NCBI GenBank assembly: GCA_002697535.1 | Contig: NZWE01000016.1 | Coordinates: 56,440 to 77,172, forward strand | Direction: 5' to 3' | From: Actinomycetota bacterium | Lineage (GTDB): Bacteria > Margulisbacteria > Marinamargulisbacteria > GCA-2716485 > GCA-002719695 | DNA length: 20,733 nt | Part shown: in pieces, positions 1 to 8,587 of the stretch | How the letters are laid out: each line of letters begins with the position of its first letter | Numbering within the stretch: position 1 is the first letter of the stretch | Notes under the pieces: generated by a model | What the model was told of the DNA's origin: nothing | Databases searched by the model: none | Seen by the model: only the letters and a program-made list of their open reading frames with translations | Program-made: the position numbers and the translations under genes

Positions 1-631
1 TCGAATTGATACAACCAAACTATTAGTTAACGCGATTGAACAAGCAAATACAAAACCAATCAGTTTGATTAATGCATCAGCAATAGGATATTACAGTCAT
101 GTAGATAGTAAAAAAGAGTTTGCAGAAACAGCTCCCGCAGGAACAGGTTTTATCAGTGATTTATGTAAAGATTGGGAAAGTGAATCATTAAAAACAAGCA
201 TACGATCAAGTCAATTAAGAATAGGTCTCGTATTAGATGCAGATAAAGGGTTTCTAAATACGTTATTACTACCTTTTAACATGTTTTTAGGAGGGCATTT
301 AGGCAATGGGAACCAATCATGTCCATGGATTCATATTAAAGATGTGGTTGCAATTATAAGACATATCATTGAAACAGAAAGTATATCTGGAGCTGTCAAT
401 CTAGTATCACCGCATCAATGTAGTTTGAAAATATTCTGTCAAACATTAGGCATGCACATCAGAAGACCTTCGTGGTTACATCCCCCAGATTTTATTATTA
501 AACTTTTATTTAGAGAACTAGCACCGTCCTTATTAAATACCCCATTTATAAAAGCTGAAAAGTTAATAAATCATAACTATAAGTTTATCTATTCAGATTT
601 AAATGAAGCGCTAAAAGAAATACTTACCTAA
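1..631 (+). CDS. TIGR01777 family (YfcH-like) NAD-dependent epimerase, 3' part, truncated by left window edge
   Basis: The frame is open upstream of the listed TTG start: it reads RIDTTKLLVNAIEQANTKPISLINASAIGYYS. This matches the family pattern (R..tT..L..ai....P...i.aSAiGyY). The C-terminus RPSWLHPPDFIIKLLFRELAPSLLNTPFIKAEKL..HNYKFIYSDLNEALKEIL looks like DUF1731. Confidence 0.85.
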   Translation, partial: RIDTTKLLVNAIEQANTKPISLINASAIGYYSHVDSKKEFAETAPAGTGFISDLCKDWESESLKTSIRSSQLRIGLVLDADKGFLNTLLLPFNMFLGGHLGNGNQSCPWIHIKDVVAIIRHIIETESISGAVNLVSPHQCSLKIFCQTLGMHIRRPSWLHPPDFIIKLLFRELAPSLLNTPFIKAEKLINHNYKFIYSDLNEALKEILT

Positions 632-674
632 AATAACAATCTTAAGAAAAAAATATGATACTATATGCTTTGAA

Positions 675-1703
675 ATGGCCAATAAAACAAACAACCTACT
701 AATTATACGATGGTTACTCATTGTAACCATTTTAATATTTTTAATAATTATTATCGGAGGAATTACACGATTAACAGGTTCAGGCTTATCTATGGTGGAC
801 TGGAAACCTATTATGGGATCCATTCCTCCTTTAACGCATTCTAGTTGGATAAACACATTTGAACTATATCAAACATCACCTCAATATAAACTTATTAATC
901 AAGCAATGACATTAAATGAATTTAAACTAATTTTCTTCTGGGAATATCTCCATAGAATATTAGCTCGATTGATAGGGCTAGCCTTAATAATTCCTTATAT
1001 TATCTTAGGATTAAAGAAATATATACCTAGATGGCTAAATAAACGAATATTAATAATGATAGGACTTGTCATATTTCAAGGTGTTTTAGGCTGGTATATG
1101 GTGAAAAGTGGGCTTGTTAATAAACCTGAAGTAAGCCACTTTAGATTAGCCGCGCATTTAGTAACAGCATTGTTACTATTACAATATATTATTTGGACAT
1201 TATTAGATTTAACAAAAGAAAAAGTTCATCAAGCGCATCAACTAGCAATCCCAACAGCGCTATGGAGCATAGGGATATTATTGCAAATAATATACGGAGC
1301 ATTTACAGCCGGCAAGAAAGCAGGGTGGGGGTACAATACATATCCAAAAATGGGGGAGTCATGGTTACCAGAATCAGCGTTTATGTACCCTGAAAATAAT
1401 ATCTTTGATAATCCAGTAATGATCCAATTCATTCACAGACATTTAGGCATTGTTTTAGGGGTGCTATTACTTATCTTATGGATAAAAATAATAAAAAACA
1501 AAGAAAACCACCTAACATTAAAAAAAGCGGCAACCTATGTATTAATGATACTACTAGTGCAAATAATTTTAGGAATTTTAACGTTAATATTAAAAGTTCC
1601 GATAGAACTAGCGATTTTACATCAACTAACAGGTGCTATTTTATTATCAAGCATCACCTATCTAAACTATACTTTGTTTAATAAAACTATGTGGAAGAAA
1701 TAA
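675..1703 (+). CDS. ctaA: COX15/CtaA-family heme A synthase
   Basis: 342 aa multi-TM protein with ITRLTGSGLSMVDWKPIMGSIPP, FEYLHR-type EYLHRILAR, FQGVLGWYMVKSGL, VSHFRLAAHL and FIHRHLG, all typical COX15 motifs. Confidence 0.93.
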   Translation: MANKTNNLLIIRWLLIVTILIFLIIIIGGITRLTGSGLSMVDWKPIMGSIPPLTHSSWINTFELYQTSPQYKLINQAMTLNEFKLIFFWEYLHRILARLIGLALIIPYIILGLKKYIPRWLNKRILIMIGLVIFQGVLGWYMVKSGLVNKPEVSHFRLAAHLVTALLLLQYIIWTLLDLTKEKVHQAHQLAIPTALWSIGILLQIIYGAFTAGKKAGWGYNTYPKMGESWLPESAFMYPENNIFDNPVMIQFIHRHLGIVLGVLLLILWIKIIKNKENHLTLKKAATYVLMILLVQIILGILTLILKVPIELAILHQLTGAILLSSITYLNYTLFNKTMWKK

Positions 1704-1740
1704 TTTACATTTATACTGCTAAAAGTTAGTATAAATTCAA

Positions 1741-2613
1741 ATGAACAATAAAAGTAAAATTAATCGAAATGCCCCTTGTTGGTGTGGTAGCCAAAAAAAA
1801 TATAAACAATGTCATTTCGAGTTTGATGAAACATTAAAAAGCCTATCTCTACAAGGGTATCCAATACCAAACAGATCCTTAATAAAAACAAAAGAAGATT
1901 TAGCAGGAATTAAAAAAAGTTGTCAATTAACCAAACAAATTTTAGATGACTTAAATGCGATTATAAAACCTGGTATTACAACAAACGAAATCGATCAATG
2001 GGTTTACGAAACAACAATAAAACATAATGCCATTCCCGCACCGTTAAATTACAAAGGCTTTCCAAAAAGTATTTGTACCTCAATCAATGAAGTAGTATGC
2101 CATGGGATACCAGAAGATAGAGTATTAATTGAAGGCGATATTTTAAATGTAGACGTCACCTGCATTATAAACGGCTATTATGGTGACTCATGTAGAATGT
2201 ATCCCATTGGAAAAATAAGTGATAAAGCTAGTCACTTAATTAATATAACAAAAGAATGTTTAGAAGAATCGATAAAAAATCTAAAACCATTTGATCCTAT
2301 AAACAAAATAGGGGATACCATTTCAGAAATAGCAGCTAGAGAATCGTATTCTGTCGTAAAAATATTTGGTGGCCATGGAACAGGAAAAAAGTTTCACGAA
2401 GACCCATTTATTTTTCATTATAAAAAGAAAGAAAAACTAATGATCTGTGCACCAGGAATGGTATTTACGATAGAACCCATGATAAATGAAGGAAACGCTG
2501 ACTGTATTATTTTAGAAGATAATTGGACTGCCGTTACAAAAGATAATTCATTGTCAGCACAATGGGAACACACCGTTTATGTTAACGAAAATTCAATTGA
2601 AATATTAACTTAA
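1741..2613 (+). CDS. map: Type I methionyl aminopeptidase with N-terminal SEC-C zinc-binding motif
   Basis: N-terminus NAPCWCGSQKKYKQCHFEFDE (SEC-C motif), followed by the MetAP core: AIPAPLNYKGFPKSICTSINEVVCHGIP, DILNVDVTCIINGYYGDSCRMY, GGHGTGKKFHEDP, FTIEPMINEG and SAQWEHTVYV. Confidence 0.95.
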   Translation: MNNKSKINRNAPCWCGSQKKYKQCHFEFDETLKSLSLQGYPIPNRSLIKTKEDLAGIKKSCQLTKQILDDLNAIIKPGITTNEIDQWVYETTIKHNAIPAPLNYKGFPKSICTSINEVVCHGIPEDRVLIEGDILNVDVTCIINGYYGDSCRMYPIGKISDKASHLINITKECLEESIKNLKPFDPINKIGDTISEIAARESYSVVKIFGGHGTGKKFHEDPFIFHYKKKEKLMICAPGMVFTIEPMINEGNADCIILEDNWTAVTKDNSLSAQWEHTVYVNENSIEILT

Positions 2614-2841
2614 TTTTGTTTTTTCCAATAACATTGTATAACGATATTTATCACGTTTACGTAATCGATGACCTTCATGCATAATGATATGCTTAAGTTT
2701 TGAGCGATCTTTACCATTATTAAGATCAATAGTTATGTCTCTAACAGAATTTAAATCATAAATCTTTACTGTAATAACAGATGATTTCTTTTTTTTTAAT
2801 TTTGACTGCAATTTATTAATATGATTATATGAATCATCCAT
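2605..2841 (-). CDS. Hypothetical protein (~78 aa)
   Basis: ORF 2605..2886(-). The ATG at 2841 (MDDSYNHINKLQ...) is a more natural start than the TTG at 2886. It overlaps the convergent map 3' end by 9 nt. No family recognised. Confidence 0.5.
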   Translation of the reverse strand: MDDSYNHINKLQSKLKKKKSSVITVKIYDLNSVRDITIDLNNGKDRSKLKHIIMHEGHRLRKRDKYRYTMLLEKTKLS

Positions 2842-2928
2842 AAGGTATCCCAAAAAATTATTAATCTTATTTAGCAAATACCACAAATTGAAATAGATAA
2901 AACATACATAAATAAAAATTCAAAAAAA

Positions 2929-3447
2929 TTAGTTTATAAAAACTTTTGAATCAGTTAACGGAAAATTTGCTATAAAATTTTTTAAAGAAAACGTAACTGA
3001 AGAAAAAGCAATATCATCCCAAGGTAAATCATTAAATAGAAAAAATTGAGCTGAAAGTGTTTCTGGACCAACCGCAAATTGATCAGAGCCTAATTCAGAA
3101 GTAAAAAGCATATAAACCTGACTTATGCTAGGAATAGAATAAATAACAAAAAGATTCAAATCAGAGCAGGTAATACCAACCTCTTCAAAAGCCTCTCTTT
3201 TAGCTCCCTCTTCAACAGATTCATTACATTCCATAAACCCACTAGGAATTGTCCAAAGACCATAGCCAGGATCAATAGAACGCTGGCAAAGCAAAATCTT
3301 GTTGTTATAGTAAGGTAACACCCCCACAATAATTTTAGGGTTTTCATAATGAATATAAGAACAACTTGGACAAACCAAACGTTTTCGATTATCATCATCG
3401 GGAATTTTTAACTGAAGTTTATGAGAACACTGTAAACAATAAGTCAT
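2929..3447 (-). CDS. Nudix hydrolase with N-terminal zinc ribbon
   Basis: N-terminal CLQCSHKL...RLVCPSCSYIHYENPK zinc ribbon. Full Nudix box GFMECNESVEEGAKREAFEEVGI. Confidence 0.9.
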   Translation of the reverse strand: MTYCLQCSHKLQLKIPDDDNRKRLVCPSCSYIHYENPKIIVGVLPYYNNKILLCQRSIDPGYGLWTIPSGFMECNESVEEGAKREAFEEVGITCSDLNLFVIYSIPSISQVYMLFTSELGSDQFAVGPETLSAQFFLFNDLPWDDIAFSSVTFSLKNFIANFPLTDSKVFIN

Positions 3448-3489
3448 AATTTTATACTAATAAAAAATTTTAAGATAAACAACACAAAT

Positions 3490-4281
3490 ATGAAAAATAT
3501 AAAAAAACAAAAATCAGCAAAAATTCCTTTAGGAAAAAAGAGCACTATTCCAAAACTATATAACCCAAACGTATTAGTACCCATAGAGCGAATAAATAAA
3601 AGGTATAAAACAAATTATGGTATCGATATATGGAATATTTATGAATTATATTGGTTAAATAAAAATAAAATACCACAAACTCAACTATGCCAAATTAGAT
3701 ATGCTAGTTCATCAGATTATATTATTGAATCAAAATCTTTAAAATTATATTTAAATTCATTAAATCAAACATGTTTTAAAACCAAAGAAACATTAAAGAA
3801 AACGATCATTAAAGATATAGAAAAAAAAATAAAAACGCCCGTTAAAATAATTTTTAAAACCAAAGAAAGTATAGATAAATTAGAAAATAGAATCAGTAAA
3901 ATCGAAAAAAACATAACGGCTATTAAACCGTTTTTAAAATTAAAATTTACCAATAAGATAGTAACAGAAACATTATATACCGATACATTTAGATCCTTAT
4001 GCCCTGTGACAAAACAACCTGACTTTGCAACATTATTTATAACATATTCTGGAAAAAAAATTATTAAACAAGAATTATTTAATTATTTAGCAACCTGCCA
4101 AAACAAGCCACATTTTCATGAAGATTGTATTGATATTATTTATAATGAACTTATCAGCTATTCAGAAATTAAAAAGCTAACCGTTCAGGGATCTTTTTTA
4201 AGAAGAGGTGGAATTGACATTACACCAATCAGAAGCAATCAGAAAAATTTTTCTGAAATAGACCGTATTATAAGACAATAA
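3490..4281 (+). CDS. queF: NADPH-dependent 7-cyano-7-deazaguanine reductase, type II (long form)
   Basis: N-terminal half has YIIESKSLKLYLNSLNQTCF. C-terminal half has LCPVTKQPDFATL (catalytic Cys region), PHFHEDCIDII and RRGGIDITPIRSN. Confidence 0.9.
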   Translation: MKNIKKQKSAKIPLGKKSTIPKLYNPNVLVPIERINKRYKTNYGIDIWNIYELYWLNKNKIPQTQLCQIRYASSSDYIIESKSLKLYLNSLNQTCFKTKETLKKTIIKDIEKKIKTPVKIIFKTKESIDKLENRISKIEKNITAIKPFLKLKFTNKIVTETLYTDTFRSLCPVTKQPDFATLFITYSGKKIIKQELFNYLATCQNKPHFHEDCIDIIYNELISYSEIKKLTVQGSFLRRGGIDITPIRSNQKNFSEIDRIIRQ

Positions 4282-6660
4282 TTATAATTGTCTTAAATAT
4301 TTAGCCAAAGAAGACTTTAAATCAAGAAACAAATAAGAATCAGCTGGATCTTTAGCAATATTATTAAGCTTTTCAAGACCAGAATACACATCTTTGTCTC
4401 CTCCTTCATCAATATGAATAGAAAAACTTTTACCATCATTATAGGAGTTAGTAGCAGGCGGTTTAATAACATTTACATTATAGATATCCTTTCCTGATTT
4501 ATCATTAAAAAGAGAAAAGCTATTATGATCCGCTTGAGCTAAACAAAAGTTTCGATCCAAACAATCATAAACATCATTACCGGATTCATCTAGAAAAAAA
4601 GAATTACTATTATCCCAAGCAATTCCCATCGAAGAACCATACAGTGTTTGATAGCTATCATTACCTTTATTATTAATCAGAATACCTAGCGCAGAATGAG
4701 CTGAAGATGCGATAGAATATCGAGAGCCAATATGCCTATCATTGCCCATATCATCAATCAGTAAGCCTAGACCATAAAAATAACCGGTTCCTTGTGAAAA
4801 ATTACCAGATTCATAAAAATCATTTCCTTTATAATCATACAAAAAACCAATCCCCCCTGATGATATATGACGAATTCCAAAACCAAATCCTTGTCCAGCA
4901 CCTTTAAAAATACCAACCGAACCATAAGAACTAAAATCTCGATTTCCAAGAATATAAGAATCATCTCCAAAAATATCAAATATTGATCCAATACCATGTG
5001 TTAACCCAACAGCCTGTGAAAATAGAGCAGCCTGATACTGATCCTTACCTTTACGATCAAATATAAATCCCTTACCTCCCAAAGCTACGCCCTGCGAAAA
5101 TTCTTGAGCTAAATAAGAATCATCCCCATCCCAATCTATAATGGCACCATACCCAAAAAAACCAACACCTTGCGATGTTCTAAGGGAACGATACAAATCA
5201 TCACCCTGAATATCAATTAAAAACCCATAACCAAGAAAACCAGATCCTTGTGAATAATCATACGTTGATGAATACATATCATCACCCTGCAAATCAATAA
5301 GCACATTAATAGCACTATTTTTAATATAACCACCCGCATTATTACGGTAGGTATCGTTACCGCCTAAATCTAATAAAAAGGAAATATCTTTGGTATACGT
5401 ATTATCACCTTTACCCGCGATGATAAATACTCCCATATCTGTTTCTGCAGAAAAATAAATAGATCCTGTAATACCTTCAATTTTAGAATCAATTAATTCC
5501 ATATCATCAACCGTTGCAGCAAAACGATATAACCAATCTTGATTCCACAGCTGAAGTAAAGTTGAATAACCATGTAACAACGCTGTCATATCAACCTGTT
5601 TCAACAATAAAAAGTAATTAGAAATATCATGATCTGAAATAGAGTCATTGCCTGTAATAATAAAACTCTTAGCTAATTCATTTAAGATAACGGGGGTTTT
5701 TTTTATGATAAAATCACGATCTTTTTCAGTTAGATTAGTTAAGGCCTTATCTAAAGACTCTTGCGAAGTCTTTAATATAGAATGTATAAAATCATAATGA
5801 ACTTTAAAAGACTTTGATTTAGGATAAACAGCGGGACTCACAGTTAAAATAAAATCAGCTAAACGTTGTTGAAGATAAAAAGCTTCCTGAGGCCTAAGCG
5901 AACCTAACTCTTGTTGAAATAATCGTGTAAAAGAAGGCATTTTATCATAATTCACATGTAAATATCGGACCAATGGCAATCTAAATCCATCATCCCAAAA
6001 TTCATTATAATATTGAAACTTTTCAATAATACTAAAATGATTTTCAAAACCATCATAAATCTTAAGTACATTAATCAGTTCCGAATAATATGGTGCAATA
6101 TAGGAAATAGAAGGAAATAAATCTAATTTAATATTTGGCGAGACGGAAGTAATTAATGGCTTAGCTGCCAACTTTAATTTCTCAATTTTTTGTTCAGCTT
6201 TTCTATTAAATTGAAAGGCTAAAGAGTTATTAGCAACTAATTGATTAACATCTGTCAAAACATTATCAACATGATATTCAACATCAACAAAAGAGCCATC
6301 AATATCTTTTGCAATCGTTAAACTATCACGTACATAATGTAAAACTAATTGCTCATCAATTGCTTTCTCATCACTAATATACTGTTTGAAATTTTCAGAA
6401 ATATTAACCGTTGCTAAATGCTGATAATCTACCATATAAATAACATCACCTTTCTGAAGATCTGATTTATCAGCCGCTGAATTAGGAACAATATAATCAA
6501 TTTGAATACCAACAAAAGAATCTTTTTTAAATTCAGAAAACCCAATTCCTAAAAATGGCTTACTGGGATTAGCATAGGTGCTGTTAACAAACAACATCAT
6601 TATAATCACCAGGAATAATGATGATCTAAAACTTAATAATAAATTTTGATAGATATACAC
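4282..6660 (-). CDS. Secreted PDZ-domain protein with C-terminal D-x-x-G-x-D-x-Y repeats (predicted solenoid-like)
   Basis: 792 aa. Hydrophobic signal-like N-terminus, then a PDZ-like segment KPFLGIGF...VPNSAADKSDLQKGDVIYMVD. Residues ~410-760 carry about 13 degenerate copies such as DLGGNDTY, DLQGDDMY, DIQGDDLY, DWDGDDSY, DRKGKDQY, DIFGDDSY, DYKGNDFY and DESGNDVY, separated by SQG.G...G.G-type linkers. Confidence 0.8.
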   Translation of the reverse strand: MYIYQNLLLSFRSSLFLVIIMMLFVNSTYANPSKPFLGIGFSEFKKDSFVGIQIDYIVPNSAADKSDLQKGDVIYMVDYQHLATVNISENFKQYISDEKAIDEQLVLHYVRDSLTIAKDIDGSFVDVEYHVDNVLTDVNQLVANNSLAFQFNRKAEQKIEKLKLAAKPLITSVSPNIKLDLFPSISYIAPYYSELINVLKIYDGFENHFSIIEKFQYYNEFWDDGFRLPLVRYLHVNYDKMPSFTRLFQQELGSLRPQEAFYLQQRLADFILTVSPAVYPKSKSFKVHYDFIHSILKTSQESLDKALTNLTEKDRDFIIKKTPVILNELAKSFIITGNDSISDHDISNYFLLLKQVDMTALLHGYSTLLQLWNQDWLYRFAATVDDMELIDSKIEGITGSIYFSAETDMGVFIIAGKGDNTYTKDISFLLDLGGNDTYRNNAGGYIKNSAINVLIDLQGDDMYSSTYDYSQGSGFLGYGFLIDIQGDDLYRSLRTSQGVGFFGYGAIIDWDGDDSYLAQEFSQGVALGGKGFIFDRKGKDQYQAALFSQAVGLTHGIGSIFDIFGDDSYILGNRDFSSYGSVGIFKGAGQGFGFGIRHISSGGIGFLYDYKGNDFYESGNFSQGTGYFYGLGLLIDDMGNDRHIGSRYSIASSAHSALGILINNKGNDSYQTLYGSSMGIAWDNSNSFFLDESGNDVYDCLDRNFCLAQADHNSFSLFNDKSGKDIYNVNVIKPPATNSYNDGKSFSIHIDEGGDKDVYSGLEKLNNIAKDPADSYLFLDLKSSLAKYLRQL
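4381..5454 (-). repeat. Protein-coding tandem repeat region (~26-29 aa period, degenerate)
   Basis: The motif Tyr/His falls at residues 422, 438, 463, 490, 516, 542, 569, 616, 643, 670, 698, 727 and 759 of the 792-aa protein (own count). Most spacings are 25-29 aa. Confidence 0.8.
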
Positions 6661-6723
6661 TTGAAATTTAATTATAATACTTCTAGATTAAACGTCAATA
6701 AAACATCAAAGCAAATAATAAAA

Positions 6724-7005
6724 ATGACAGAAAAAAAAGCGACTAATTATTCAAAAAAAATCATTCAAGAATTAAGTGTTAAACAAAACACATCTATAAA
6801 TGAAACAAAAAAAGCGTACCAATACCTTATTAAAACCATTATTACCTATCTTTTAAAAGATAATATTATCCGTATTACTGGATTTGGTAAGTTTTTCAAA
6901 TCAAAAAGAAAGCAAAAGCAGACAACACACCCCATTACAAAAAAGCGCTATACCATACCTAAAAGACAAACCGTTCAATGCAAATTTTCAAAGTTACTTA
7001 ATTAA
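6724..7005 (+). CDS. HU/IHF-family DNA-binding protein (divergent)
   Basis: SINETKKAYQYLIKTIITYLLKDNIIRITGFGKFFKSKRK...HPITKKRYTIPKRQTVQCKFSKLL follows the HU/IHF pattern (V.i.GFG.F....R....r.P.tg....ip......f.p...L). ATG 6724 is preferred over 6646, which would overlap the divergent gene start. Confidence 0.75.
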   Translation: MTEKKATNYSKKIIQELSVKQNTSINETKKAYQYLIKTIITYLLKDNIIRITGFGKFFKSKRKQKQTTHPITKKRYTIPKRQTVQCKFSKLLN

Positions 7006-7057
7006 ATAAATATCTATACTTAGACTAAGTAAGAATTGCTTGATAAAATACACTCAC

Positions 7058-7462
7058 ATGTATAAATTAAAAAATAAATATATTGCTATTACCTTAGCCT
7101 GTTTTTGTCTAACATTTTCATGTTATAAAAACATAGTTGCTACCCCCATTCAAACAGAAATGGAATCATGTTGTTGCGATACAATTGAGCAATGTAGCGA
7201 TATGGCATGTTCGATACAACAACCCAAAGAAACCCATATCAATTATTCAAACTCAAGCTACTTTGATGCCGTAAATTGCTTTTGTCATAACGAACTTACA
7301 ACACTAAATTTTTTAAAAAACACATTATTTTGTAAACAACCAGAAAACACACTAAAAATAAAACCCAAACACAAACAACAAAGACAAGTAGAAAAAAAAG
7401 GATTAAGCAAATTCTATAAAAAAATTAAAAAACCTCCTAGAGATAATGTGCTTTTGAGTTAA
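7058..7462 (+). CDS. Small Cys-rich putative exported protein
   Basis: Signal-like N-terminus MYKLKNKYIAITLACFCLTFSC, then ESCCCDTIEQCSDMACS and NCFCHNE, and a basic C-terminus. The ORF track start is 7040; 7058 is an internal ATG. No family assigned. Confidence 0.6.
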   Translation: MYKLKNKYIAITLACFCLTFSCYKNIVATPIQTEMESCCCDTIEQCSDMACSIQQPKETHINYSNSSYFDAVNCFCHNELTTLNFLKNTLFCKQPENTLKIKPKHKQQRQVEKKGLSKFYKKIKKPPRDNVLLS

Positions 7463-7484
7463 ATACATTATTTAGGAGAAAAAA

Positions 7485-8462
7485 ATGAAAAAAATAATAC
7501 TAATAAGCCTTTTAATAGGTTTATCAACATCTGTATTTGCAGATAATCTATCAAAAAGCCGTGTTGATTCACATGGACCAATCAGTTTAATGGCTGACCA
7601 TAATCATAACAAAAATGAAATAATGACATCGTATCGATTTATGAGTATGGCTATGGATGGAAATATTCAAGGTAATAACGATATTACAACAACAGCTATT
7701 ACGGGTGGAAGTTATATGATGGCTCCTGAAACAATGTCTATGAGCATGCATATGATAGGAATGATGTATGGAGTTAGCAACCACACAACATTAATGATGA
7801 TGACAAGTTATCAAGAAAAAGAAATGTCGATGATTAATAGAATGAATCAAACATCAAGCTCTAAAACAAATGGACTATCAGACCTAAAACTATCGGCTTT
7901 ACAAACTATTTTAAAATCAGATAAACAATCATGGATAGCCAATATCGGACTAAGCCTACCCATTGGATCAATCGATGAAGCAAATAGTGGATCTAGACTA
8001 CCATATGCCATGCAGCTTGGATCAGGAACCACAGATTTCATGTTAGGAACTACATACATAGGCTATACAAAGTATCTATCATATGGATCACAGATAGCTA
8101 GTGTTATTCGAACAGGAAAAAATAAAAACCAGTATCGATTAGGTAATAACCTATCCTTATCAACATGGGTTGCAAAAGCAATAAATAGTAACTTGAGCCT
8201 GTCAGCAAGACTAACACGGTCAACACAATCTGATATAACAGGAAGTGATACAACATTAACTATGATGTCACCAACCACATCAACAAATACGGGAAATATA
8301 TCCTATACAGCAAGTATTGGTAGTAATATACAGTTTACAAAAAAGCCATTAGCAGGCGCCCGATTAGCATTTGAAATTTCAAAACCTGTATTACAACATG
8401 CTAAAGGTATCCAAATGAAGAAAGACTATAACTACACAGTAGGGTACCAACAACTATTCTAA
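7485..8462 (+). CDS. Putative outer-membrane beta-barrel/transporter-like protein, Met-rich and His-containing N-terminal half
   Basis: Signal peptide MKKIILISLLIGLSTSVFAD. MADHNHNKNEIMTSYRFMSMAMDGN and APETMSMSMHMIGMMYGVSNHTTLMMMTSY resemble the H/M-rich 'transporter' family found in many Gram-negatives. Alternating amphipathic strands and a final aromatic residue (QQLF) are consistent with an OMP. RBS-like aggaga upstream. Confidence 0.75.
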   Translation: MKKIILISLLIGLSTSVFADNLSKSRVDSHGPISLMADHNHNKNEIMTSYRFMSMAMDGNIQGNNDITTTAITGGSYMMAPETMSMSMHMIGMMYGVSNHTTLMMMTSYQEKEMSMINRMNQTSSSKTNGLSDLKLSALQTILKSDKQSWIANIGLSLPIGSIDEANSGSRLPYAMQLGSGTTDFMLGTTYIGYTKYLSYGSQIASVIRTGKNKNQYRLGNNLSLSTWVAKAINSNLSLSARLTRSTQSDITGSDTTLTMMSPTTSTNTGNISYTASIGSNIQFTKKPLAGARLAFEISKPVLQHAKGIQMKKDYNYTVGYQQLF

Positions 8463-8490
8463 ACGTAGCATAATCAGACAGATTGTTAAA

Positions 8491-8518
8491 AAGCACCTAA
8501 ATATTTAGGTGCTTTTTT
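8491..8518 (+). terminator. Rho-independent terminator
   Basis: Perfect 12-bp inverted repeat aagcacctaaat/atttaggtgctt (8491-8514) ending in a T-run (gcttttttaa), downstream of the 7485..8462 CDS. Confidence 0.88.
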
Positions 8519-8527
8519 AATTAAAAA

Positions 8528-8555
8528 TTGATTTCAAAAAAAAATGTTATAGAAT
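8528..8555 (+). promoter_or_regulatory. Possible sigma70-like promoter for the small ORF/pst cluster
   Basis: TTGATT at 8528-8533, 16-nt spacer, TAGAAT at 8550-8555. It lies between the terminator and the RBS-like AAAGGAG (8575-8581). AT-rich background makes chance matches likely. Confidence 0.35.
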
Positions 8556-8587
8556 AGTTATGTATTTTATTTTTAAAGGAGCTTGAA

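Noticed and set aside
65-67. TTG at 65 as the start of the first gene
   Set aside because: The frame remains open to the window edge with family-consistent sequence (RIDTTKLLVNAIEQ...), so the gene is truncated rather than starting here.
611-1681. ORFs 611..856(-), 1193..1393(+), 1238..1432(-) and 1478..1681(+) overlapping ctaA
   Set aside because: ctaA is strongly supported by family motifs; the others are alternative-frame artefacts.
3765-3953. 62-aa hydrophobic ORF antisense to queF (possible small membrane protein)
   Set aside because: It lies fully inside the conserved queF CDS on the opposite strand. Hydrophobicity is expected from the reverse complement of Lys/Asn-rich AT sequence, and no RBS was noted.
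4767-4997. 76-aa ORF antisense/alternative frame inside the repeat protein
   Set aside because: It is an alternative frame of the repeats; its own periodicity (MFLEILIFLEIEILV...) is a shadow of the coding repeat.
7587-8278. Minus-strand ORFs 7587..7784, 7847..8059 and 8063..8278, including a His-rich one
   Set aside because: The His-rich sequence is the reverse complement of the Met codons (ATG/CAT) in the Met-rich OMP gene, not an independent metal-binding peptide.
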